The notes below the pieces were generated by a model that was not told the DNA's origin, did no database searches, and was given only the letters and a program-made list of their open reading frames with translations. 64,000 nt of DNA, from positions 8,966-72,965 of the forward strand of contig JAONMX010000002.1 in the NCBI GenBank assembly GCA_028378565.1, read 5' to 3'. This DNA is from Bacteriovoracaceae bacterium (GTDB lineage Bacteria; Bdellovibrionota; Bacteriovoracia; Bacteriovoracales; Bacteriovoracaceae). Of this stretch, positions 36,056 through 44,491 are shown in pieces (the first letter of the stretch is position 1; each line of letters opens with the position of its first letter). The position numbers and the translations under genes were made by a program.

Positions 36056-36294
36056 AGGAAAAGTTAAAACTAAAAAGGCGACTTCAAAATCCATTTTTCA
36101 ATCGCCAATATAATCTCATATGCGTTTTTGTCTCTGTATTAAAATTTTATAGGTAACTTGGTTATTATATAAGAACTCTTTTCTTACAATTCATTACTGA
36201 TTTATAAACCGATATTAGTTATTTGATGGTGGTTTCATGACGGTATATCGTAAATAGCCGATATTACATACTCACTGAATTTAATTAAAATGCT

Positions 36295-36963
36295 TTAGTA
36301 AGACTTTTTTCCGACTAAAGCGTTTTTAATTTTAAGAGAGTATTTCTCTTTTAATTTTGGATTACTTTGTTCAACCTTTTCAATTTCAGCAATAATGGCC
36401 TTAATGGTTTTAACAACGTCATTAACCATAAGCTTTCTTAAGACTCCAGCAAAAATACTCTTAGGCTCAACTAAGGAGACATAGTACATCAGAGTTTTAT
36501 TTTTATAGTTTGTAAAACTAGCACGACCATTAACAGAGTCAGCAGATGTCGATTTCACAAGATACCATTCCACCTCATAACCATCTTTAATTTTTTTTAA
36601 ATGGTGGCCATGGACGTAGACGCCATTTGAAAGTGGCCAAGGCATTTCCAACTCATACTCAACAAGAACATTGGTTGCAGTTGGCTGTTCAACAACTTTA
36701 CTTCTAGCAAGTTTAGGAACGTAATTTTTTTGATAATCATAAGCTGCGAAGATTCCCATACTATTTAAAGGTTGGGAGTTAACAAGTGCAAAGATTTTAA
36801 GTCGAGGCCATATCTTATTTTCAACTTTTTCTTTTAGAACAATAACTTTATTTTCTTCTAGATCTTTTATTTGGGAGTTAGAAAGAAGGTGAAGAGGAGC
36901 TCCTGCATTAGTGCGCGTAGCGTTAATTAGGAGAATAAGCCCTATAAGAATGATACTTTTCAT
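36295..36963 (-). CDS. Secreted SRPBCC/START-like (lipid-binding fold) protein, tentative
   Basis: I prefer the ATG at 36963 (MKSIILIGLILLINA...). The size and alternating beta-pattern suggest an SRPBCC fold. No catalytic motif. Confidence 0.4.
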   Translation of the reverse strand: MKSIILIGLILLINATRTNAGAPLHLLSNSQIKDLEENKVIVLKEKVENKIWPRLKIFALVNSQPLNSMGIFAAYDYQKNYVPKLARSKVVEQPTATNVLVEYELEMPWPLSNGVYVHGHHLKKIKDGYEVEWYLVKSTSADSVNGRASFTNYKNKTLMYYVSLVEPKSIFAGVLRKLMVNDVVKTIKAIIAEIEKVEQSNPKLKEKYSLKIKNALVGKKSY

Positions 36964-37082
36964 AAGCTCCTCAGAATCATAATAAAACCTGTTGTACATC
37001 TAGTTTTATTGACTGATTTGTAGATTTACAAGCTAATAATTTTGTTATAGCTTGGTGCAATAATTAGATCAAGGAATAAACA

Positions 37083-37703
37083 GTGAACAAAAAGACAGAT
37101 AGCTCTATCAGACTATTTGAAAATGACTTATTAGAGGCCATCACACATGTGCATCCAATTACTCCACTCGTTATGTGGTCGCCGGTAACCTGTTACTTGT
37201 TATGGCGTTCTTATACTGTTCACGCCTTAAGTTTTTTAGACTTTGTTACTTGGTTCTTTATAGCCATTTTAGTATGGACGTTTACTGAATATACAGTTCA
37301 TCGTTTTGTTTTCCATTATCCAGCGAAATCAAAAATTGGAAAAAAGCTAATCTTTTTATTTCATGGTATTCATCATGATGATCCTGATGATGCTACTAGG
37401 CTAGTGATGCCTCCTGTTCCAGGAGTTATTTTAATGGCGTTACTTTGGGGCTTCTTTCAACTTGTTATACCAGTAAAGTTTATGGATGCTTTCATGGCCT
37501 TTTTTATTGTAGGCTATCTTTGTTATGACTATATTCACTATGCCACTCACCATTTTCCAATGACCTCACCCGTTGGCAAATACTTAAGAAAATTTCATCT
37601 AAGACATCATCATGCTAAAGAGCATAGCAAATATGGTGTATCTAATCCTTTATGGGATTATGTTTTTAATACTGTGACTGGCCCAAAGAAAGATCAAAAA
37701 TAA
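37083..37703 (+). CDS. Fatty acid hydroxylase superfamily membrane enzyme
   Basis: Histidine boxes HRFVFH, HGIHHDD, HYATHH and HLRHHH within a roughly four-TM protein. Confidence 0.85.
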   Translation: MNKKTDSSIRLFENDLLEAITHVHPITPLVMWSPVTCYLLWRSYTVHALSFLDFVTWFFIAILVWTFTEYTVHRFVFHYPAKSKIGKKLIFLFHGIHHDDPDDATRLVMPPVPGVILMALLWGFFQLVIPVKFMDAFMAFFIVGYLCYDYIHYATHHFPMTSPVGKYLRKFHLRHHHAKEHSKYGVSNPLWDYVFNTVTGPKKDQK

Positions 37704-38515
37704 TGTCTTATAAATGTTTATTACTTTCTTTTTTTCTATCTATAACTATATCTGCAAGTGAAAGCAAAAAAGCAGAGGATGAGTCTCAAACTTGGATAGA
37801 CTTTAAAGAAACAGTCTCACTTTTTGCAAAGGGCTCTTACACTCAGTTTCAAACAAAGAGTAATCTTGCCTATGCAGCCGCAGCCGCTCCTGTTGTTTGG
37901 TATTCTTTTGAAAATGATAAGAGAATTCAAGCTCGTTATGGTGGAACAGAGATAAAAAATATTGTTGATCATGTTGGAGATGCTGGAGTTATCTTTAATT
38001 TTCCAGTTATACCTATTGGTTTTTATTACTATGGCCGTAAAAATAATAATGATCATCATATTCAATTTGCTAAAGAGTATCTGGCTGCAATGTATTTAAC
38101 TCTGGCAGAAACTGGTATCATGAGTTACTTCTATGTTCACTCGAGACCAGTTACTGGAGATGAGAGTTTTTGGGAAACTGAGTTTAGAGAAAAGTCTAGT
38201 TGGCCAAGTGGTCATGTTGTCCCATATATGACCCTCTTTTTTAAAACGCTACAATTTTATGGGCCAGCTTACGCTACAGCTCCTTTTGTCTTAACCATCA
38301 TGTCGAGTATGCAAAGAATGCAAGATAATAAGCACTGGTTATCAGATATTACCATGAGCTTTTTTCTAAGTGCTTGGGCCAGTGAAGGGGTGAGGAAAGC
38401 TGCAGGCTATAAAAAAAATCACCCATTTTATCGCTGGGTATTTGAAAACGATGCCTCCCTTTCACTTCTTAGATACCAAAACTCTGTAGGACCAAAACTA
38501 TCTTGGACTTTCTAA
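37703..38515 (+). CDS. PAP2-superfamily (acid phosphatase / lipid phosphate phosphatase) protein
   Basis: C2 motif PSGH (SWPSGHVV) and C3 motif R-x5-H-x3-D (QRMQDNKHWLSD). Its start overlaps the upstream stop by 1 nt (TAATG). Confidence 0.75.
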   Translation: MSYKCLLLSFFLSITISASESKKAEDESQTWIDFKETVSLFAKGSYTQFQTKSNLAYAAAAAPVVWYSFENDKRIQARYGGTEIKNIVDHVGDAGVIFNFPVIPIGFYYYGRKNNNDHHIQFAKEYLAAMYLTLAETGIMSYFYVHSRPVTGDESFWETEFREKSSWPSGHVVPYMTLFFKTLQFYGPAYATAPFVLTIMSSMQRMQDNKHWLSDITMSFFLSAWASEGVRKAAGYKKNHPFYRWVFENDASLSLLRYQNSVGPKLSWTF

Positions 38516-38557
38516 TTTAAAGTATCTTTTTTTTTGTATTCATCTTAAAATATCTTT

Positions 38558-40102
38558 ATGGCCAATGTATTTTTCTTAGGAAAAGATTCAGGATATTATC
38601 AAACAATCAAAGAAGTATTTGAGTCAGAATATTCTGGAGAAGAATTTCAGTACAAAGAGCAATTTCCAGATGATGTAGAAGAATTTCATAAAGTGGTTAT
38701 AGAAATAAAGAAATTTAATACAAATATTGTCTTTTTAGATTATGGAATGCTACCTGAAAAAGTATTAACTGTAGCGAGAACAATTCATCGTGCTATTCCT
38801 TCAGTAAAGTCTGTAATTGGTCTTTGGGATTTTCTTTCAACAAAGAAACTAATAGATGAAGGTAATATTACTGGAGTGGCCATAAGCCATATAAAGTCTG
38901 GAGAAGTTGGTGACGTAGTTCACCATGCAATGCAACTCTATACCCGTGCTAAATTTAGTATGCGTGAATTTGCCAAAGCTGAGAAATGTTTCAATGTAGA
39001 AATAAATGTTCAACATCAGATGAAGGTTGGCTTCATTACACCTGATTATGTACATGTAGAACACGACTTGTATCCTTGTGTAAGTGCACCTTTCCAATTA
39101 AAAACTTATTTTGGAAAAATATTTCCGATCACTCATTATAAAATAAAAAGAAAACTAAATAATAATTTCTATTATCATTATAAATATTCTTCAGACCTAT
39201 CTTTTCATTTTGAACCAGTCGTTAAGATAATTGGAGAAGAGTCGGAAAAAGATAAAAAATGGAGACTTGAACATCAAAAAGAAGTTGTTGCTAATAGGAA
39301 AAAACAAATTGAAAAGTTTTTTGATACATATCCTCATAGCTCTGTGCCGAAGAGAACAAAGCTACTTGTGATAGATCATGAATTACGTATTTTTGAGCAA
39401 TCAAAAATTCCACTTGATCATTATCCTTATTCTATTAGAGTGTATTCTAGCCTAGAAGAAACACCAGATGTTATCGATCGTGAAATGCCTGGTGTTGTCG
39501 CGATCCAGTGCCCAAAAGGCTCAGAAGGAGATCTTTCACTCCTCATTGAATCTATTGAAAAACACCCAAATCATTTACCATTTATCGTGGTATTTAACTC
39601 TCACTGGGACACTGAGAAACTTAAAGAACATTTTCAATACCAAAAAATTATTGCTCATACTGAAGATTTTGAATTAGATCTGGTTTTAAATTTATGTGAG
39701 GTCTATACAAAGTCTGGAGGTAGAGAGAAGTCTCACAATCAATCAGACTCGTATCATAACAAAGAACGTAGAGTTTATATTCCTAAGAATAGAAGTGAAA
39801 GCAATATTGATTATGATTTTAAAATTTTCTTAAATACGATTACAGAAGCCTATTTAACTTTCCAATGTCATGAAGAACTATCTTTTTTAGCACCATATAA
39901 TATTAAGAAACCGTTTAACTTTTCTATTACAGTACTAGAGAAGATTGATGATCCAGAATGGTGTCTAGACAGTATGAATCAGTACCTTGCGGTCATACAC
40001 TGCATTGGAGAAAGTGAAAAGAGTGCACTTAGAAGAAAGGTGAATGAATATATTCAAATGGCCAATGAAAAAGATAATGAAGAAAAGAATGAAGAAAAAT
40101 AA
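38558..40102 (+). CDS. Hypothetical cytoplasmic protein (514 aa), possibly an internally duplicated receiver-like architecture
   Basis: Long clean ORF. Two flavodoxin/CheY-like beta-alpha patterns are seen by eye (VFFLG...IVFLDYGM...VIGLWD and LLVID...VVAIQCP...FIVVFNS). No confident family. Confidence 0.55.
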   Translation: MANVFFLGKDSGYYQTIKEVFESEYSGEEFQYKEQFPDDVEEFHKVVIEIKKFNTNIVFLDYGMLPEKVLTVARTIHRAIPSVKSVIGLWDFLSTKKLIDEGNITGVAISHIKSGEVGDVVHHAMQLYTRAKFSMREFAKAEKCFNVEINVQHQMKVGFITPDYVHVEHDLYPCVSAPFQLKTYFGKIFPITHYKIKRKLNNNFYYHYKYSSDLSFHFEPVVKIIGEESEKDKKWRLEHQKEVVANRKKQIEKFFDTYPHSSVPKRTKLLVIDHELRIFEQSKIPLDHYPYSIRVYSSLEETPDVIDREMPGVVAIQCPKGSEGDLSLLIESIEKHPNHLPFIVVFNSHWDTEKLKEHFQYQKIIAHTEDFELDLVLNLCEVYTKSGGREKSHNQSDSYHNKERRVYIPKNRSESNIDYDFKIFLNTITEAYLTFQCHEELSFLAPYNIKKPFNFSITVLEKIDDPEWCLDSMNQYLAVIHCIGESEKSALRRKVNEYIQMANEKDNEEKNEEK

Positions 40103-40109
40103 CTTACGT

Positions 40110-41105
40110 TTATAGCCAGCCTCTTTCTTTATAGTCTTCATATGTCACTTTAATTGTTTTATATAAATCCCATTCATAGTTCATATTAAGTAACTCTACA
40201 GATTTTTGTCCACTACAGGTCCAGCTATCAGGTTCTAATTCGTAGAGTTTGTCTGGAGTAAGTCTAAACTCTATTGGAATAACTTTTCTCGCAGTATCTA
40301 TTGTATGGGCCAGTACTTTTACAAAGGAAAAGGGAACCACTAGATTAAGAGTTGATTTATTCATCGTGGACTTGATCATATCGATGAGCAACTCCATGGT
40401 AATCACCTGTGGGTGAGAAGCAAAAAAAGATTCATTATGCATCTTCTCTTGTGTTTCAACAGCTTTCTTGATTACTTGAATGAGATCGTAGACACAAATA
40501 AAACTATATTCTTTTGCTTTTGCATTGAGGCCAGCAAAGAGAACAAATCTGGAGTTAACCATTTTAAAAACATCGAGCACACCAGTATCTCGTGGTCCAA
40601 TAACCATTGGCGGTCGTATAATAGATGTACTCCACTCTTTTGGAGCGAGGTCTTCCAAGTATTTTTCTGCTTTCAGCTTTGATTTTCCATACCGACTTAT
40701 TGCATGAGTTGAGCATTCTTCAGTATGAAGTTTTCCTTTTGAACTAGGACCAACTGCTGCTAATGATGAAACAAGAATAAATTTTAAATTGCTATATTTA
40801 GACCTCAAATTTTCTATTAAATTTTTTGTGGCAAGAGCGTTTACATTGGTAAAAAGGTCTTCGTTAAATGAATGAACGACTCCTGCCGTATGGACAACGG
40901 CATCCAAATCAGATGGGAGTTCGTCAATCCATCCGATATCTCCCTGACTTGGTAGGTCGCCTTTAATCATTGTCCCTTGAACATTAAAAGCCGAGAATTT
41001 ATTTGGATTTCTTGCAAGGGAATATACTTGATGTCCTGCTTCGCTTAGTAAGTCACTTAAGTGGCTGCCAACAAACCCTGTAGAACCTGTTATTAATACT
41101 TTCAT
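40110..41105 (-). CDS. NAD-dependent epimerase/dehydratase-family SDR, a candidate ceramide reductase (CerR-like)
   Basis: MKVLITGSTGFVGSHL Rossmann motif and YGKSK catalytic motif. Its start overlaps the upstream stop by 1 nt. Confidence 0.8.
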   Translation of the reverse strand: MKVLITGSTGFVGSHLSDLLSEAGHQVYSLARNPNKFSAFNVQGTMIKGDLPSQGDIGWIDELPSDLDAVVHTAGVVHSFNEDLFTNVNALATKNLIENLRSKYSNLKFILVSSLAAVGPSSKGKLHTEECSTHAISRYGKSKLKAEKYLEDLAPKEWSTSIIRPPMVIGPRDTGVLDVFKMVNSRFVLFAGLNAKAKEYSFICVYDLIQVIKKAVETQEKMHNESFFASHPQVITMELLIDMIKSTMNKSTLNLVVPFSFVKVLAHTIDTARKVIPIEFRLTPDKLYELEPDSWTCSGQKSVELLNMNYEWDLYKTIKVTYEDYKERGWL

Positions 41106-42223
41106 TAGATTTCTTTTTGATAAATACGATATTTCTTATAAGGCTCTCCACCCATTCTAATGAGGGGTTTATTCATATTGAGGTTGTCCTCAAGAATCCA
41201 ACTCATTTCAATTTCACCGTAACCTTGCTCTTTAATTACTTGATGGGCCTTGGTGTAAAGGAGTGTCTCTAAACCCTTTTTTCTAAACTCTTTTTTCATA
41301 CCTAAGGTGATAACTCTACATCTATTGACATACTTCTTTTGGTTTAAGAGTTTAAATAATCCAGTTGGAAGTAATTTACCATTTGGAATTTTCTTCAATA
41401 CTTGATGAAGATCTGGAAGAGTTACGATAAAGCCAGCAGGTTTATTGTCTACTTCTACAATAATAATAAGTTTTTCATCAATAATTGTTTTAAGATCTTT
41501 TGCTGTATGTAGAAACTCTGCGGGAGTCATTGGGATAAAGCCCCAATTCTTTTCCCAGGCATCGTTATAAATTTCATGCATGAGATCCACTTCTGCATCC
41601 CAATTTTTCTTCTTAGCATGACGGTAAGTGATTTTTTCTTTTTTCTCAGTTCTATCAGCAATTCTTTTGATAATCTCTGGCATATCAAATTCTGTTTTTA
41701 GGCGATAAGCGATGAGATCTTTTGCTTTTGTATAACCATTCTTTTTATATAAGTCATCATGGTAAGGTTGGTTATAAGTCATCATGATTTGAGCTGGATC
41801 TTCAAAACCTTCTACAAGTGTTCCGCACTCATAATTTGTCGATGGGTTCATTGGTCCAAGGATACAATTGGCTCCTTTTTCTTTAAGCCATTTTTCAGCA
41901 GTATCAAAGAGCTTTTGAGCTATTCCTTGATCGTTTGGAAATTCGGTAAAGCCAATAAAACCTCTTTTTTCTTCGTGAAAATCATTATGGTTTTTATTCC
42001 ATACAGCAGAAATTCTACCTATTGGTTTTTTTCCTTGGTAAGCGACAAAGTTTTGCATATCGCTTGTTTCATAAAAGGGATGTTTTGGTTTTAATAAGTC
42101 AGCAACGGCCATTCTAAGGGGTGGTACCCACTTTTCATCACCTTGGTATAGATTCCATGGGGTATGAATAAAATCTTTAAGCTGTTTTGATGTTCGTACT
42201 GGTACAATTTTTACATCAGACAT
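41105..42223 (-). CDS. GNAT-fold N-acyltransferase, a candidate bacterial ceramide synthase (bCerS-like)
   Basis: I prefer the ATG at 42223 (MSDVKIVPV...), 10 nt after the Spt stop. About 372 aa, with a C-terminal GNAT-like core (RKKGLETLLYTKAHQVIKEQGY). Confidence 0.55.
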   Translation of the reverse strand: MSDVKIVPVRTSKQLKDFIHTPWNLYQGDEKWVPPLRMAVADLLKPKHPFYETSDMQNFVAYQGKKPIGRISAVWNKNHNDFHEEKRGFIGFTEFPNDQGIAQKLFDTAEKWLKEKGANCILGPMNPSTNYECGTLVEGFEDPAQIMMTYNQPYHDDLYKKNGYTKAKDLIAYRLKTEFDMPEIIKRIADRTEKKEKITYRHAKKKNWDAEVDLMHEIYNDAWEKNWGFIPMTPAEFLHTAKDLKTIIDEKLIIIVEVDNKPAGFIVTLPDLHQVLKKIPNGKLLPTGLFKLLNQKKYVNRCRVITLGMKKEFRKKGLETLLYTKAHQVIKEQGYGEIEMSWILEDNLNMNKPLIRMGGEPYKKYRIYQKEI

Positions 42224-42233
42224 TTTAAACCTT

Positions 42234-43436
42234 TTAATGAAATGTAGCAGGAATATCGAATTCTTTTTTGGCCTTAGCAAAGACCTCTAAAACTTTTGTT
42301 AACTCTTCTTTGTTATGTGTCGCCATATAACTTGTTCTGATTAAGGCCTCACCCTTAGGAACAGCAGGTGGAAGAACTGGAGTTGCAAAAATTCCATTAT
42401 CCATTAGATAGTTTGTTACTTGTAATGATTTCATTTCATCACCAATAAAGATCGGAATGATTGGTGTTTGAGAGTTGTACGTGTAGAAACCGATATCTTT
42501 GAAGCCTTCTCTTATAAATCCAACATTGGCCCATAAATTTTCATGAATAGGCTCATCGCTCATAATAACATCTAGGCATGCAGACACAGTTGCAACGGCT
42601 GATGGTGCCATTGAGGCAGAGAACATAAAACTTCTCGCATTATGTTTTATATAATCAACAAGGTCCGCTTTTCCAGAGATCACGCCTCCAATTGATGCAA
42701 AACTTTTTGAAAATGTACCCATGTTTAATTGAACATCGTCAGTAACATCAAAGAAGTTCATTGTCCCACGGCCACGGTCTCCCATGACGCCAATACCGTG
42801 AGCATCATCAATATAAACATGTGCTCCGTATTTCTTAGCAAGGGCAATAACCTCAGGCATTTTTAATAATTCACCAGTCATTGAGAAAACACCGTCTGCA
42901 ACAATCCAAACATTTTTGAATCGACTAATGTTTTCTTCTAAAACCTCTTCTAGAGATTCCATATTATTGTGCTTGTATTTAAATGTTGGACCAAGAGCTA
43001 ATCTTGAAGAATCAACGATACTTGCATGGTTTTCACTATCAAAGATGAGACAATCTTTCGGACCACATACTGCTGATATGGAGCCTAGGTTTGTTTGCAT
43101 CCCAGTACTAAAAATTAAAGCTGCTTCATGACCTAAGTACTTGGCGAGCTTCTCTTCTAATTCTTCGTGTATGGATAAGTTTCCATTTAAAAATCTTGAA
43201 CCTGTACAACCAGTTCCATAAATATCAATGGCCTTTTTTGCTTCTTCAACAACATGAGGATGGTGAGTTAAGCCTAAGTAGTTGTTAGAACCAATCATGA
43301 TTTGGTCTTTACCTTCTACGTTAACAACTGTTCCTTCACTGTTTTCAATTGATCTAAAGAAAGGGTAGAGGTTATTTTCACGCATGTGATTAACCTTTTG
43401 CATCATCCGATATCCGCGCAGCGTACTAATGTCCAT
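42234..43436 (-). CDS. spt: Alpha-oxoamine synthase, most likely serine palmitoyltransferase
   Basis: PLP-lysine motif GTFSKSFASIGG (the SPT/ALAS-style GTFSKS, rather than the GTLSKA/GTLGKA of BioF/Kbl). It appears colinear with my recollection of Sphingomonas SPT through the C-terminus. Confidence 0.75.
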   Translation of the reverse strand: MDISTLRGYRMMQKVNHMRENNLYPFFRSIENSEGTVVNVEGKDQIMIGSNNYLGLTHHPHVVEEAKKAIDIYGTGCTGSRFLNGNLSIHEELEEKLAKYLGHEAALIFSTGMQTNLGSISAVCGPKDCLIFDSENHASIVDSSRLALGPTFKYKHNNMESLEEVLEENISRFKNVWIVADGVFSMTGELLKMPEVIALAKKYGAHVYIDDAHGIGVMGDRGRGTMNFFDVTDDVQLNMGTFSKSFASIGGVISGKADLVDYIKHNARSFMFSASMAPSAVATVSACLDVIMSDEPIHENLWANVGFIREGFKDIGFYTYNSQTPIIPIFIGDEMKSLQVTNYLMDNGIFATPVLPPAVPKGEALIRTSYMATHNKEELTKVLEVFAKAKKEFDIPATFH

Positions 43437-43561
43437 TTTTCATCCAAGTGAGATTAAGATAATTAAAGTTTTGTGCTAAGTTTCATATCGCTTTAGACTA
43501 GATACGTCAACTATTGTTAGCTAGATGTGAAAAATTAATAGGGTTTAAAGTATTGAAATAA

Positions 43562-44314
43562 TTAGTCTTTTGGCTTTGCTAACTTTTTACGCATTTCTTC
43601 CGCTCTGGCCTCGCCATTGATATGGATGAAGAGGTCTTCCTCAGTTCTAGAGCTTAAATCCATGAAGGCTATTCCTGCACACATTTTACCAGTAGGGTTA
43701 CCGGCCTTATCTTTTTCAGGGAATTGTGCTACTATCTTTGCTTTTGGAATAGCAAATTTCTTTCCATTGAAATGAAGTTCACAATCTGGAAACTCAGCGT
43801 CCTTTGCATATTTTTCATTTTCTTCGGGGTCATTAATGACAAATGATGTTCCTCCAGCACTTACATCAAGTCCGTCTAGAATATGATCATCATCAATTTT
43901 AAACTTTAGTTTAATAAAGCGACTGGCCATTAGACGATAGTTTGATCTTTGTTGGGTTTTAAACATATCTTTATTTAAAACAACAAAATATTCTTTTTTT
44001 TCTTTGCTATAAGTGAGGGCAGAGTAGGTAAAGTATTGAGACTTTCCTTCACCAATTTTCATAAAAACTTCTTTACCCGCTTTCTTACTGGTTCCAATTT
44101 TCGCAAGAAGTCCGCCGGAACTTTTTAAATTCAAACGACTATTCTCGGTATCAAAGGAAATACACTCAAACTCTTCTACATCTTTGTCACTCTTACCTTG
44201 AATCCAAAGGAAGACTTTCCATTTATCTTCGCAAGCACGCTCCATCATAGAGAACTTCTCTTCGTCATCTACGGGCGTAAAGTAATGTTTTTGATTAGCG
44301 TCTTTTGTTGCCAT
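43562..44314 (-). CDS. PilZ-domain (YcgR-like) c-di-GMP-binding protein
   Basis: RxxxR (QQRSNYRL) followed by D.SxxG (DVSAGGTSF), preceded by a YcgR-N-like domain. Confidence 0.75.
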   Translation of the reverse strand: MATKDANQKHYFTPVDDEEKFSMMERACEDKWKVFLWIQGKSDKDVEEFECISFDTENSRLNLKSSGGLLAKIGTSKKAGKEVFMKIGEGKSQYFTYSALTYSKEKKEYFVVLNKDMFKTQQRSNYRLMASRFIKLKFKIDDDHILDGLDVSAGGTSFVINDPEENEKYAKDAEFPDCELHFNGKKFAIPKAKIVAQFPEKDKAGNPTGKMCAGIAFMDLSSRTEEDLFIHINGEARAEEMRKKLAKPKD

Positions 44315-44491
44315 AGGGCAAAAATACTCCTAAGTATCTAAAATATCGTTAATATCATTTTAAACAAAAGTTGGGATAACTCCAAGCGGAAAAATTAGTT
44401 GGAAAATCTAGTTATTTGGGCAAAAACCTGACAAATTGGGACGAAATTGGCATACTTTCCAGCATTTTAAGACTTTTTTGAAGGATAATTA

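Noticed and set aside
36056-36294. 239-bp convergent intergenic region with a 9-bp direct repeat CCGATATTA (36209 and 36258) and tiny ORFs, a possible sRNA or leader peptide
   Set aside because: A single 9-mer repeated once in AT-rich DNA is within chance expectation. There is no convincing promoter and terminator pair, and the mini-ORFs (4-6 codons) lack RBSs.
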